From Bacteroidales bacterium (GTDB lineage: Bacteria; Bacteroidota; Bacteroidia; Bacteroidales; VadinHA17): 64,000 nucleotides of DNA. Positions 37,569-46,954 of this stretch are shown here, piece after piece. Under the pieces are notes generated by a model. The model worked only from the letters and a program-made list of their open reading frames with translations, searched no databases and had not been told where the DNA came from. Numbering within the stretch: the first letter of the stretch is position 1; every line of letters begins with the position of its first letter. The position numbers were made by a program, and so were the translations under genes. The stretch covers positions 1,560 through 65,559 of the forward strand of contig JAVEYS010000004.1 in the NCBI GenBank assembly GCA_034003345.1, given 5' to 3'.

Positions 37569-37832
37569 TTGATTTTATTCTTACCCACCCCTGCGATAGC
37601 AGTTTCCAATATTCAATTCTCTGGAAGACTAATCGACTTTTAATTCAATCTCCCCTTCTGCCATCTGCTTTCTGGCCTGATTCTCATAATGAAAACAGCC
37701 CTCACTTTTCTGCTGACCCTTGTGGGGGACATTCTGAACCTGTGAGGGCTGCTTCTTAAAAAAAAGGACCTTCGGAAATATAAAGTAATGAAATTATAAG
37801 CACCTGACAATGAAGTAATAGTCTGGTTTTGA

Positions 37833-38114
37833 CTAGTATATGATAATGAATGATAAATGGCTGAATGCTGTTGACAGAAGGGGCGACAGATTGCGGATCT
37901 GCCAATTGGCGGAGATGAACTGAGCCGCCGGCTGGCGGTGAGCACGCCAAAGGCAAACATAATGTTCAGTGTAGACGAGCCTCCATGGTCTGCCAGCGTT
38001 TGTGAAGCCTTTAGAGGCATTGTTGTGCTTACGGAGCCTCTCTTCTATATCGGATGAGTATCCGATGTAGCATTTGTTAATTTTTTCGGAGTACATAATG
38101 TATACCGAGTACAT
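37833..38114 (-). CDS. GIY-YIG nuclease-domain protein, with a C-terminal half that looks aberrant
   Basis: MYSVYIMYSEKINKCYIGYSSDIEERLRKHNN, then GFTNAGRPWRLVYTEHY, matches the GIY-YIG N-terminal half. The remaining ~40 aa do not resemble the usual Arg/Glu helix region. Confidence 0.55.
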   Translation of the reverse strand: MYSVYIMYSEKINKCYIGYSSDIEERLRKHNNASKGFTNAGRPWRLVYTEHYVCLWRAHRQPAAQFISANWQIRNLSPLLSTAFSHLSFIIIY

Positions 38115-38153
38115 AAAAACAAACCCCACGGCCATGGTGGGGTTTCTGTTTTG

Positions 38154-38228
38154 TGGGCGATGTAGGAATCGAACCTACGACCTCCTGCTTGTAAGGCAGG
38201 CGCTCTGAACCAACTGAGCTAATCGCCC
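38154..38228 (-). tRNA. tRNA-Val (anticodon TAC)
   Basis: The reverse complement folds as a canonical cloverleaf. Acceptor stem GGGCGAT/ATCGCCC, D stem GCTC/GAGC, anticodon stem CCTGC/GCAGG with loop CTTACAA, T stem GTAGG/CCTAC with loop TTCGATT. CCA is not encoded. Confidence 0.9.
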
Positions 38229-38240
38229 TATTTCAAACTC

Positions 38241-38303
38241 TGCGGTTCTACGACCCTCCCGACTGGAAGTCGGGATGCTCTGAACCAACTGAGCTAATCG
38301 CCT
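38241..38303 (-). pseudogene. truncated tRNA-like fragment: 5' acceptor strand, D arm and a TCC (Gly) anticodon arm, with no T arm or 3' acceptor strand
   Basis: The reverse complement reads GGCGATTAGCTCAGTTGGTTCAGAGC-A-TCCCGA-CTTCCAG-TCGGGA-GGGTCGTAGAACCGCA. The first 26 nt are identical to the 5' part of the adjacent tRNA-Val. No T stem or ATCGCC 3' strand follows. Confidence 0.6.
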
Positions 38304-38315
38304 GAAAAGAGACTG

Positions 38316-38323
38316 CAAATATA
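38316..38323 (-). promoter_or_regulatory. Bacteroidota -7 promoter box TATATTTG upstream of the tRNA-like fragment and tRNA-Val
   Basis: On the minus strand the sequence is TATATTTGcagtctcttttcaGGCGATTAG. This matches the TAnnTTTG consensus, with 13 nt between the box and the first base of the 26-nt tRNA-Val-identical block. Confidence 0.45.
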
Positions 38324-38612
38324 ATTTGAATTTTTTGTTACGCAATGGCCATTATTAAAATAAAAATCCGGTTTTACTTACGGATTAATTGCTCCGGAAG
38401 CAACCATCCATGACGGCTCATTGTCATGTTATTAACTCTGTTAATTATACATATCAGCAGAATGACATCAATAATTGAAATTTATATATATTAGCTATTG
38501 GTACTTTTTGACTTCTAGTGAGTTACAATTCGTTCAGGAGTGCTTTCGGATTGTTAGCTCAACTATTTGATAAATAGTGCGATATGTATTTTGGAAACCG
38601 ATCCTGACCGTT

Positions 38613-41600
38613 ATGAAACGAACCCGCCTGTTAACCATTTTCCTTGCCTTACTCCTCACACTGCCTCTGCTGACGGCTGAAGCGCAGGTGGGTCCGGGAG
38701 GTGTGGGCAGCATAACCAATACACAGCTCTGGCTCCGGTCAGACTCCCTCATATCTATCCAGCCTCTCCAGTTTGTCACAAGCTGGTACGATCTTTCCGG
38801 GCACATGCGCGACTTTGGTGCGGTGATCACGGGACAGACTGTGCCATCAGAGACCGATGATGTAATAAATGGATATTCTGCAGTAAGTTTCTCCGACCAA
38901 GGCGGTGTTGGAGGCGATTTCCTCGGGTATAACGGCTCCCTCGGTATTACTGGCTCTGATGCAGCAACAGTAGTTATTGTTGCCAGAAACACCACGGCTG
39001 CTGATGAGCAGAACGGCGGACTCTATATGGGACAGAAGAACCTTGGCGGAGTCAATGCAGTCCGGAGCTATGGACTCGAATACGCTGATGCGGTAAGGTT
39101 CAACGGTCATAGTCAGGTGTTCAACGACGGACATACGGCTGGCGACTGGAAAATAATCTATTACACTAATCCTGCCGGGGCATCCGTCTCATCATACGGG
39201 GCCTACCTGAATGGCACCCCACTTACCGGAAGCTCAGCATCCGGCTTTGTGCCTTCACTGGTATCCAACTTTGCTCTTCTGGGGGCTACTCAGATGAGCG
39301 GTACTCTCAATTCTGCAGGCTATTTCAATGGTGACATGACGGAGATAGTCGTCTTCTCTGACCAGCTTAATGATGCAGAAAGGGTTGTGCTACAGAATAA
39401 CCTTGGCGCAAAGTATCTTCTTCCCATAGCTGATGATCATTATACATGGGAGATTACTCATTCTCATGATGTCTCCGGTATTGCTGCATTTAACGGTTCA
39501 GTATTTACCAGCGCCTGGTCAACAGGTATGCTATCAGTTTCTTCCCCGACTGATCTCTCAGAGGGAGAATATCTCTTCTTTGGGCATGACAAGGCGAATG
39601 CCGGCACCTGGACCACCAATGAGGTGCCAGCGTCCGGAACTTATCGTCTGGCAAGAGAGTGGAGGATTGATGAGACAGGTGATGTCGGTACCGTAACGAT
39701 AAGCATCCCTGCAGCTTCACTGCCGGCTCTGCCGTCGGGATATCCCTTGCTGGGAATACTCACAGATGCAGACGGTGATTTCACTGCAGGTACCACCATG
39801 CATCGATTGACACTTGCAGCTGGCAGCTACAGCCTAACCCTTAATGTCACCGACGGAGATCACCTTGCCATCATCGCTTTCCGGCCTGAGGTCAACTTTA
39901 CGGTACCTTCGGCATCGGGACTGGAAAGCATTACGAATGTCACGGTAGTGGCATATCTCAACTATCCTCATACAGCAGATATCTCCTTTGACTATGCTGC
40001 CACTGGTGGTACAGCCACCTACGGCGCTGACTACACACTGATACCGGGAACAGTTGTCATCCCGGCAGGATCGGTTACAGGTTCATTTAATATTACGGTC
40101 ATCAACGATGCTCTCGTTGAGCAGAGTGAGACAATCATTACAGGTCTGTCGAATCCGTCGTCCGGACTTTCCATAGGCACTGATAACAGTTATACATACA
40201 CCATCTTAAATGATGATCATGTGTATGCCTCCTTCTCCTCGGCGACAGCCTCTGGTGCAGAAGGCAATACTCCTGGCAGCGTTACGGCCCCACAGATTGT
40301 CATCAGCGGAGGTATCATCAGCATGCCGGGCAGCCTTATCCTAATGGTAACCAACGGTACGGCATCATCGTCTGACTGGTCGCAGACAAGTAACCTTATC
40401 TCCATCCCGGCGGGCGATTATACCATACCGGTATTAATACCAATCCCGGCCTCTGTCCTCACCATCCTTGGTGATCTCATTGTAGAGAATGACGAGACCG
40501 TGAACCTTAGTATGAACACCTTTGTGACCGTGGAGGCAGGCACAATTCTCAGCTCTGTTTACACAATCCTTAATGATGACAACTCAACCGTAAGCGTTTC
40601 TGCCACCACACCTTCCGTTACTGAGGGTGGCCCAGGTGCCCCCGTGACCGGGACATTTACTTTTACGTTCACCAATCCGGCTGCTTCGGCGCGTACGGTA
40701 TCATATGCCGTCTCAGGCAGTGCCACTCCGGGCACGGATTTCAGTGCGTTGCCTGGCTCTTTTGTCATGCCTGCCGGAACAGTTACATACAGTCTCACTC
40801 TCACACCTATTGCCGACCTTGTGGTTGAGGGCGACGAGACTGTTACGGTGACAGTTACCGGTGTCTCCGGCAGCCCCGCCATTACCGTCAACGCCACCCC
40901 GGCGACAATAACCATTATTGACGACGATATACCTTCGATACTCTATTCCCCCGCTTCAGTTACCATGGCCGAAGGATCAACGGCTACCATTGAGGTGTGG
41001 CTCTCCAATCCTCCTGCGGGATCGGTAACACTGAATGTCTCAACACAGATGGCGGGACTACTGACTGTAAGCCCTCTGACACTTACATTCAACACAGCGA
41101 ACTATGCTACTCATCAGGTGATCACACTACAGGCAGCGGAGAACAATATGCTGGGTGATCAGGCTGACAATGTGATCCTGTCAGTAGACGACGCGCTATC
41201 TGATGATCCTTTTGACGCACTGTCTGATATTACAATTCCGGTTACCATTGTGAACAACGACGTGGCTGCCATAATTGTCAATCCTTCGTCTGTTACTGTC
41301 GCAGAGAACGGAACTGCAACATTCACCGTATCTCTTTCTGCTGCACCTCCTTCCGGCAGTGTTGACATCGAACTGCTCAGTAACAATACCGGAGTAGCCA
41401 CTATAGACATATCGCTGTTAACATTCGATGTTGTCACATGGAATGTTCCCCGTACGATAACAGTGACAGGGGTTAATAACAACACCCTGCCGGATGCTTC
41501 AACTACAATAAGCCTGAACGTCATTGATGCTGTTTCATATGACGGTTATGACGGTCTGACGGCATCGGTCAGCGTCAATGTAACCAATGATGATATTGCT

Positions 41601-44408
41601 GGTTTTGTTGTCAATCCCCTTTCTATCACCATTGATGAGGGAGGTCCGGCCGGTCAGTTCACAGTTGTGCTTACTGCTCAGCCCGAGACGGATGTGGTTT
41701 TTGACCTTGTGAATGCTTCACCGGTTTACACAAATCACCCGGCGCAGATCACATTCACTGCTGCCAACTGGAATGTGCCGGTGGTTGTTGATGTCACTGC
41801 CCTAGAGGATATGCTTGATACAGACAGGACAGATATCATCTCGGTAACTGTCAACCAGTCTCTCTCCGACGACAACTTCGACGGTATGGCAGCACAGGAT
41901 GTCACAGTAACGATCAATGACAATGACCCGCCGGTAATAACCGGCTGTCCCGCCGATATCATCGTCAGCAATGATCCGGGCCTCTGTTCAGCAGTTGTCT
42001 CCTGGACCCCTCCGGTCTCCACTGCATCGATGAGCTCAACCCACCTCCCGGGTGACATCTTCCCGGTAGGGTTGACCACAGTGACATATACTTCTACTGA
42101 CGTTGATGGCCTGGTCTCTACCTGTGTCTTTAGTGTAACAGTCAATGATACCGAGGTGCCGGTGGTTAATTGTTCTGATGTCACCGTCAATCTGGATGCT
42201 TCGGGTAATGCTGCTATCATTGCATCGGATATTCTGACAGGGTTACCCACTGACAACTGCTCGGTTGCAACGGTGGAGCTCAGCAGATCGTCATTCACCT
42301 GTGCTGACCTGGGCAGTGTGACAGTCACGGTAACAGTCACTGATGCCAGCGGCAACATAGCGACCTGCAGTTCGGATATTACCGTCACTGACCCGTTCCC
42401 GGTATCACTTGACGCCGGTGCTGATGCCGAGATATGCGTCACCGATGCCACATATAACATTCCGGGGGCCTCGGCTGTGAACATGAGCCTTCTCTGGACC
42501 ACTTCCGGCTCCGGCACTTTCAGTGATGCAACTATAATTAACCCGGTCTACTCCCGCGGGGCTACTGATCTTACAACAGTGACTCTGACGCTCACCGGGA
42601 ACAAGATTAACGGTTGTCCTGAGACCCTTACCGATGACATGACACTCTCCTTTGCAGATGAGCCGGCAGCTGATGCCGGTGCAGACAAGAATCTCTGTAG
42701 CGGGACTGCCGATGTGGCCCTCACAGATGCTTCAGCTTCCAACGGCACCATCGCATGGACCACCTCCGGCAACGGGACTTTTGATGATCCGGCAGCGGTG
42801 AATCCGGTTTATACTTTCGGTTCCCTGGATACCGGACCTGTCACCCTTACCATGACGGTCACGAGCACCACATGCGGGATAGTCACCGATGATGCGGTCA
42901 TCACCTTCACATCGGCCCCTGTAGCTGATGCCGGGACCGATGGTTATGTCTGCCGCTCCTCTCCCGGGTACCAGGTGACAGGAGCATCACATGGCGGTGG
43001 CACAATGTCATGGACCAGTAGCGGTAACGGGGCTTTTGACAATAACATACTTGACAATCCGTATTACACATTTGGTACTGAAGACTATGCAGCCGGATCG
43101 GTAACACTGACTATGGAGGTTGTGGGAGGAAGTACGTGCGGTACAGTCACATCATCAATGATGATCATCATAAACCCGCTCCCTGTTATTGAGGTCACCC
43201 AACTGGAGAACATAAGCTGTGCCGGACTGACTGACGGGGAGATATTCCTTGCCGCAACTGGAGGGCTGGCTCCCTACTCCTTCAGCATTGACGGAGCTCC
43301 TTTCCAGGTAACGGGTAGCTTCACAGGCCTCTCTGCTGCATCTTATGTGATTGAAGTCATGGATGACAATGGTTGTATTGCCGACACCACGCTTGAAATC
43401 ATTGAGCCTCTGCCTTTCTCCGCTACGATTGACAATACGGATGATGTAACCTGTTTTGCCGGCAATGACGGTGCCATATATGTTACTCTGGCAGGGGGTA
43501 CAGAGCCCTATAATGTGATCTGGAGCGGACCCTCTGGCTGGACTGCATCGACACCTGATATCACAGGACTGGCGGAGGGTACATACTCTCTGACTGTTGA
43601 TGATCTTAACGGCTGTGCCTCTTACAGTTTTATTGAGGTCATTACCCAACCGGACGAGATAGTGATCACCAGTGCTGTGCTCTCTGATTTTGGCGGTTAC
43701 GGTGTTATGTGTCCCGAGTCTGCCGACGGGTCAATAACTGTCTCTGTCACAGGAGGCACACCGCCTCTGGCACTCCTGTGGAACGGTCCTGACGGATTTG
43801 TCTCCACGCTGGAATCCATCTCATTCCTTACAGCTGGCACATATACACTGACAATAACTGACGGCAACGGATGTATGCACACACACGACTATATCCTGAC
43901 TGCTCCTGACGCTATGGTTCTGACCTCAGTTACGGAGCCTGCATCCTGTCCGGATAAGTCTGACGGCAGCATAGATCTGACCGTTACCGGTGGCTCAGGT
44001 ACCCTTATTTATCTTTGGGATAACGGAGTAACCACACAGGACCTTTCCGGGATACCGGCGGGTGATTATACTGTAACTGTCACCGACATCAACGGATGTA
44101 CACAGGAGCTCACTGTCACTGTTGGTGTGACAGGAATTAACTGTCTGAGGATATATGAGATCATTACACCCAACGGAGACGGCCGCAATGATACCTGGCA
44201 GCTGAGAAACGCAGAGTTGTATCCCAATGCCGAGGTCTTCGTTTACAGCCGGTGGGGTAAGCTGGTCTATCACTCGCGCAACGCTACCGATGAGTGGGAT
44301 GGAACGTATAACGGCAAGATACTGCCAAACGACTCTTATCATTATGTCATCCATCTGAACGACGGTTCTGAACCACGTACAGGTGTAATCTCAATCATAA
44401 GCAAATAA
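38613..44408 (+). CDS. giant SprB-like cell-surface adhesin with a T9SS type-B C-terminal domain
   Basis: 1931 aa from MKRTRLLTIFLALLLTLPLLTAEAQ. It has an N-terminal LamG/ConA-like region and several Calx-beta-like units (YGADYTLIPGTVVIPAGS, VEQSETI; GTDFSALPGSFVMPAG, VEGDETV). HYR-like units are present (PPVITGCPADIIVSNDPGLCSAVVSW). Three WT(T/S)SG(S/N)G(T/A)F(S/D)D modules are followed by SprB repeats (SCAGLTDGEI, GGLAPYSFS; TCFAGNDGAI, GGTEPY and others). The gliding-associated CTD is YEIITPNGDGRNDTWQLRN, then YSRWGKLVY, then WDGTYNGK (about 44142-44405). Confidence 0.85.
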   Translation: MKRTRLLTIFLALLLTLPLLTAEAQVGPGGVGSITNTQLWLRSDSLISIQPLQFVTSWYDLSGHMRDFGAVITGQTVPSETDDVINGYSAVSFSDQGGVGGDFLGYNGSLGITGSDAATVVIVARNTTAADEQNGGLYMGQKNLGGVNAVRSYGLEYADAVRFNGHSQVFNDGHTAGDWKIIYYTNPAGASVSSYGAYLNGTPLTGSSASGFVPSLVSNFALLGATQMSGTLNSAGYFNGDMTEIVVFSDQLNDAERVVLQNNLGAKYLLPIADDHYTWEITHSHDVSGIAAFNGSVFTSAWSTGMLSVSSPTDLSEGEYLFFGHDKANAGTWTTNEVPASGTYRLAREWRIDETGDVGTVTISIPAASLPALPSGYPLLGILTDADGDFTAGTTMHRLTLAAGSYSLTLNVTDGDHLAIIAFRPEVNFTVPSASGLESITNVTVVAYLNYPHTADISFDYAATGGTATYGADYTLIPGTVVIPAGSVTGSFNITVINDALVEQSETIITGLSNPSSGLSIGTDNSYTYTILNDDHVYASFSSATASGAEGNTPGSVTAPQIVISGGIISMPGSLILMVTNGTASSSDWSQTSNLISIPAGDYTIPVLIPIPASVLTILGDLIVENDETVNLSMNTFVTVEAGTILSSVYTILNDDNSTVSVSATTPSVTEGGPGAPVTGTFTFTFTNPAASARTVSYAVSGSATPGTDFSALPGSFVMPAGTVTYSLTLTPIADLVVEGDETVTVTVTGVSGSPAITVNATPATITIIDDDIPSILYSPASVTMAEGSTATIEVWLSNPPAGSVTLNVSTQMAGLLTVSPLTLTFNTANYATHQVITLQAAENNMLGDQADNVILSVDDALSDDPFDALSDITIPVTIVNNDVAAIIVNPSSVTVAENGTATFTVSLSAAPPSGSVDIELLSNNTGVATIDISLLTFDVVTWNVPRTITVTGVNNNTLPDASTTISLNVIDAVSYDGYDGLTASVSVNVTNDDIAGFVVNPLSITIDEGGPAGQFTVVLTAQPETDVVFDLVNASPVYTNHPAQITFTAANWNVPVVVDVTALEDMLDTDRTDIISVTVNQSLSDDNFDGMAAQDVTVTINDNDPPVITGCPADIIVSNDPGLCSAVVSWTPPVSTASMSSTHLPGDIFPVGLTTVTYTSTDVDGLVSTCVFSVTVNDTEVPVVNCSDVTVNLDASGNAAIIASDILTGLPTDNCSVATVELSRSSFTCADLGSVTVTVTVTDASGNIATCSSDITVTDPFPVSLDAGADAEICVTDATYNIPGASAVNMSLLWTTSGSGTFSDATIINPVYSRGATDLTTVTLTLTGNKINGCPETLTDDMTLSFADEPAADAGADKNLCSGTADVALTDASASNGTIAWTTSGNGTFDDPAAVNPVYTFGSLDTGPVTLTMTVTSTTCGIVTDDAVITFTSAPVADAGTDGYVCRSSPGYQVTGASHGGGTMSWTSSGNGAFDNNILDNPYYTFGTEDYAAGSVTLTMEVVGGSTCGTVTSSMMIIINPLPVIEVTQLENISCAGLTDGEIFLAATGGLAPYSFSIDGAPFQVTGSFTGLSAASYVIEVMDDNGCIADTTLEIIEPLPFSATIDNTDDVTCFAGNDGAIYVTLAGGTEPYNVIWSGPSGWTASTPDITGLAEGTYSLTVDDLNGCASYSFIEVITQPDEIVITSAVLSDFGGYGVMCPESADGSITVSVTGGTPPLALLWNGPDGFVSTLESISFLTAGTYTLTITDGNGCMHTHDYILTAPDAMVLTSVTEPASCPDKSDGSIDLTVTGGSGTLIYLWDNGVTTQDLSGIPAGDYTVTVTDINGCTQELTVTVGVTGINCLRIYEIITPNGDGRNDTWQLRNAELYPNAEVFVYSRWGKLVYHSRNATDEWDGTYNGKILPNDSYHYVIHLNDGSEPRTGVISIISK

Positions 44409-44547
44409 ACTGGTAACCGTTAGGAGAGATGAAACACTCAAGTTCTGAAAAGCATAACCGGGCTTCCGGGCTCAGCGAAACTGAAACCAATTGTAGCAGG
44501 ATCGCTTACATGAGTGTTATATCATACCCTATAAATCATATTTTATT

Positions 44548-45540
44548 ATGATGAAACGTTTTAGAATAATAACAGTGATTGGCCTTCTGGCGGTTATGCC
44601 TGTTCTTAAGGGACAGCAGTTCCCGATGTACAGCCAGTATATCATGAACGGCTTCCTGCTCAATCCTTCCTACGCAGGCAGCGACTATTACACCACTTTT
44701 GGCCTGACGGTCCGTGAGCAGTGGCTTCATTTTCCAAATGCTCCCGGCACCTATGCTGCTACCTTCCAGACGCGATTGCTTAATGACAGTTATATCACCA
44801 AATCGACGGCTGTAAGGAAGAGGATAGACAGGCCCACAAAGGGTGGAAGAGTGGGACTGGGAGGTTATCTCTTCTCCGACAATAACGGCATTATGCACAG
44901 AACGGGTTTGCAGATGGCCTATGCATATCATCTCCCGGTTGGAATAGACAAACAGCTCTCGTTCGGACTCTCTCTCAGTGCCTATCAGTATTTTGTCGAC
45001 ATAAACGGTGCAGTGATGCCCGATGATATCAATGACGAGTTCCTGAACAACTATGACCAGGTTGTCTATATCCCTGATGCCAACTTCGGCGTAAGCTACA
45101 TGACCAGGAGTTATTATGCAGGCTTTTCAATGACGAACCTTTTCAGGGGTGCGTTTATGATTGGAAACGGTGGAGAAAATGGCCGTTCGGAACTGGGGCA
45201 TTATTTCCTCACCGGAGGAATGAAATTTTATACCGGCTCTGACTGGATAATTGAACCGTCAGTGATGCTGAAGTCGTCAGACATGGTCTTCAAGTCCATG
45301 CAGATGGATATCACAGGCAGGGTCTATTACAAGGAGGATTACTGGCTTGGCCTCTCTTACCGGACCGGGGATGCTGTTGTTCTCCTGGGTGGACTCAAGG
45401 TCGACAGGTTTTACTTTGGGTATGCCTTTGATTTCACCCTGTCAGAGATACGCAGCTATACCTATGGTTCTCATGAGCTGACTGTTCTGGCGCGCTTCGG
45501 TGACAACCCGAGGAGATACAGGTGGATCAACAAATATTGA
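44548..45540 (+). CDS. PorP/SprF-family T9SS membrane protein
   Basis: 330 aa with a signal peptide. It carries the family signature QQFPMYSQYIMNGFLLNPSYAGSD, a beta-barrel-like pattern and the tail HELTVLARFG. Confidence 0.85.
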   Translation: MMKRFRIITVIGLLAVMPVLKGQQFPMYSQYIMNGFLLNPSYAGSDYYTTFGLTVREQWLHFPNAPGTYAATFQTRLLNDSYITKSTAVRKRIDRPTKGGRVGLGGYLFSDNNGIMHRTGLQMAYAYHLPVGIDKQLSFGLSLSAYQYFVDINGAVMPDDINDEFLNNYDQVVYIPDANFGVSYMTRSYYAGFSMTNLFRGAFMIGNGGENGRSELGHYFLTGGMKFYTGSDWIIEPSVMLKSSDMVFKSMQMDITGRVYYKEDYWLGLSYRTGDAVVLLGGLKVDRFYFGYAFDFTLSEIRSYTYGSHELTVLARFGDNPRRYRWINKY

Positions 45541-46925
45541 TGAGGTATATCACGTTGTTTTTACTTATTGCCGCAGTCTGTCTGGGCTGTGACCCGCTTA
45601 CCAATCCCGTCTCCGGCAGGCTTGCATTCTCGTCGGATACGATCTCCTTTGACACTGTCTTTTCAGGTATAGGGTCAGCAACCATGGAGTTCAGGGTCAT
45701 CAATAATGAGGAAGAGCCTCTGTCTATTGACCGTATATGGCTCGGCGGAGGTAGTGACTCGCCCTTCAGTCTTAATATCAACGGCTTACCTGCATCGACA
45801 AGCGATGATTTAATACTTGCCAGGGGTGACAGTATCTTCATCTTTGTGGAGGTGACCATTGACCCTGCAGGGGGTGATATGCCTGTAGCTGTGATCGACT
45901 CAGTGAATTTTTTATCAGGAAGATATTCTGACAGGGTTATTCTTGAGGCATGGGGTCAGGATATACGGCTTGTCGACGAGGATATTCTTACCGATGTCAC
46001 ATGGGGCGAAGGCAAGCCCTATGTGATAAACGGATCACTCTTTGTTGACACGCTGGCAACACTCACCATGAATCCGGGGACGCGGGTCTACCTTCATCAT
46101 AACGCCAGGGTCACTGTCGCAGGATCTGTCCGCTGCATGGGTCTTGCCGACAAGCGGATCACTATAGCCACCGATCGTCTCGAGGAGGAGTATACTGATG
46201 TCCCCGGTCGCTGGAAAGGGATACGGTTCCTTAACTGCAGCCGGAACAACATTCTGAATTTTACAGAGGTCAGGAATGCCGAGATAGCAGTTGAGCTCGC
46301 CGGGGAAGAGGCTTCAAGTCCTGACCTGGTGATGAACGGAGCTATGCTCATGCATAACTCGGTGGCGTCGCTGGTGGCCCGCCAGGCTGAAGTGTTTGCA
46401 GTAAATTCCGTGTTTGCACATTCAGGATTCAGCACTATCTCTCTGACCGGGGGTGGTAACTATGATTTTATCCATTGTACCATGACCGGCCGGTGGGAAT
46501 ACGGCTACAGGTCAGAACCGGTAATGTTTATTGGTCCCGGTGATGGGGATATCCCGCATGTGTCTGTATTTAATTCGGTCATTACGGGAACCCTTGATAA
46601 TGAGTTATTTATTGATGCGTCCTCGGCCGAGGCAGCATTGCGTTTCAGGGCTGACAGCTCTCTGATCATGGTTGACACCCTTGGAAGCCAATGGTATACA
46701 GGTACTCTCTTCCGTGATGTTGTTACCGGTTTGCCACCTGGTTTTATTGATGAGGCCGGTTATGATTACCGGCCTGACACACTGTCACCCCTGGTTGATA
46801 AAGCTGGCATATCGGAATCGGTGGCCTGGCCTTTTGATATCAGGAATAAACCGCGGCCCACAGGAGCAGGTCCGGATATAGGAGCGTTTGAGAGACAGCT
46901 TAAAGAATTAAGAATTAAGAATTAA
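45540..46925 (+). CDS. lipoprotein with right-handed parallel beta-helix repeats
   Basis: Starts MRYITLFLLIAAVCLGC-DP; its ATG overlaps the sprF-like TGA. It has beta-helix-type repeats (NARVTVAGSV, NNILNFTEVRNAEIAV, NSVFAHSG) and a GPDIGAFE tail motif. The last 7 codons are encoded by the heptamer array. Confidence 0.7.
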   Translation: MRYITLFLLIAAVCLGCDPLTNPVSGRLAFSSDTISFDTVFSGIGSATMEFRVINNEEEPLSIDRIWLGGGSDSPFSLNINGLPASTSDDLILARGDSIFIFVEVTIDPAGGDMPVAVIDSVNFLSGRYSDRVILEAWGQDIRLVDEDILTDVTWGEGKPYVINGSLFVDTLATLTMNPGTRVYLHHNARVTVAGSVRCMGLADKRITIATDRLEEEYTDVPGRWKGIRFLNCSRNNILNFTEVRNAEIAVELAGEEASSPDLVMNGAMLMHNSVASLVARQAEVFAVNSVFAHSGFSTISLTGGGNYDFIHCTMTGRWEYGYRSEPVMFIGPGDGDIPHVSVFNSVITGTLDNELFIDASSAEAALRFRADSSLIMVDTLGSQWYTGTLFRDVVTGLPPGFIDEAGYDYRPDTLSPLVDKAGISESVAWPFDIRNKPRPTGAGPDIGAFERQLKELRIKN

Positions 46926-46954
46926 GAATTAAGAATTAAGAATTAAGAATTAAG
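46903..46954. repeat. heptanucleotide tandem array (AAGAATT) x 7.4, left part
   Basis: Perfect 7-bp periodicity. The array contains the stop codon (46923-46925) of the upstream CDS. Confidence 0.95.

Noticed and set aside
41735-42517. 260-aa antisense ORF, and several others between 38534 and 44354, within the giant adhesin gene
   Set aside because: The adhesin frame is continuous for 5.8 kb with recognisable domains. The antisense ORFs are Thr/Val/Ser-rich mirror images of repetitive coding sequence.
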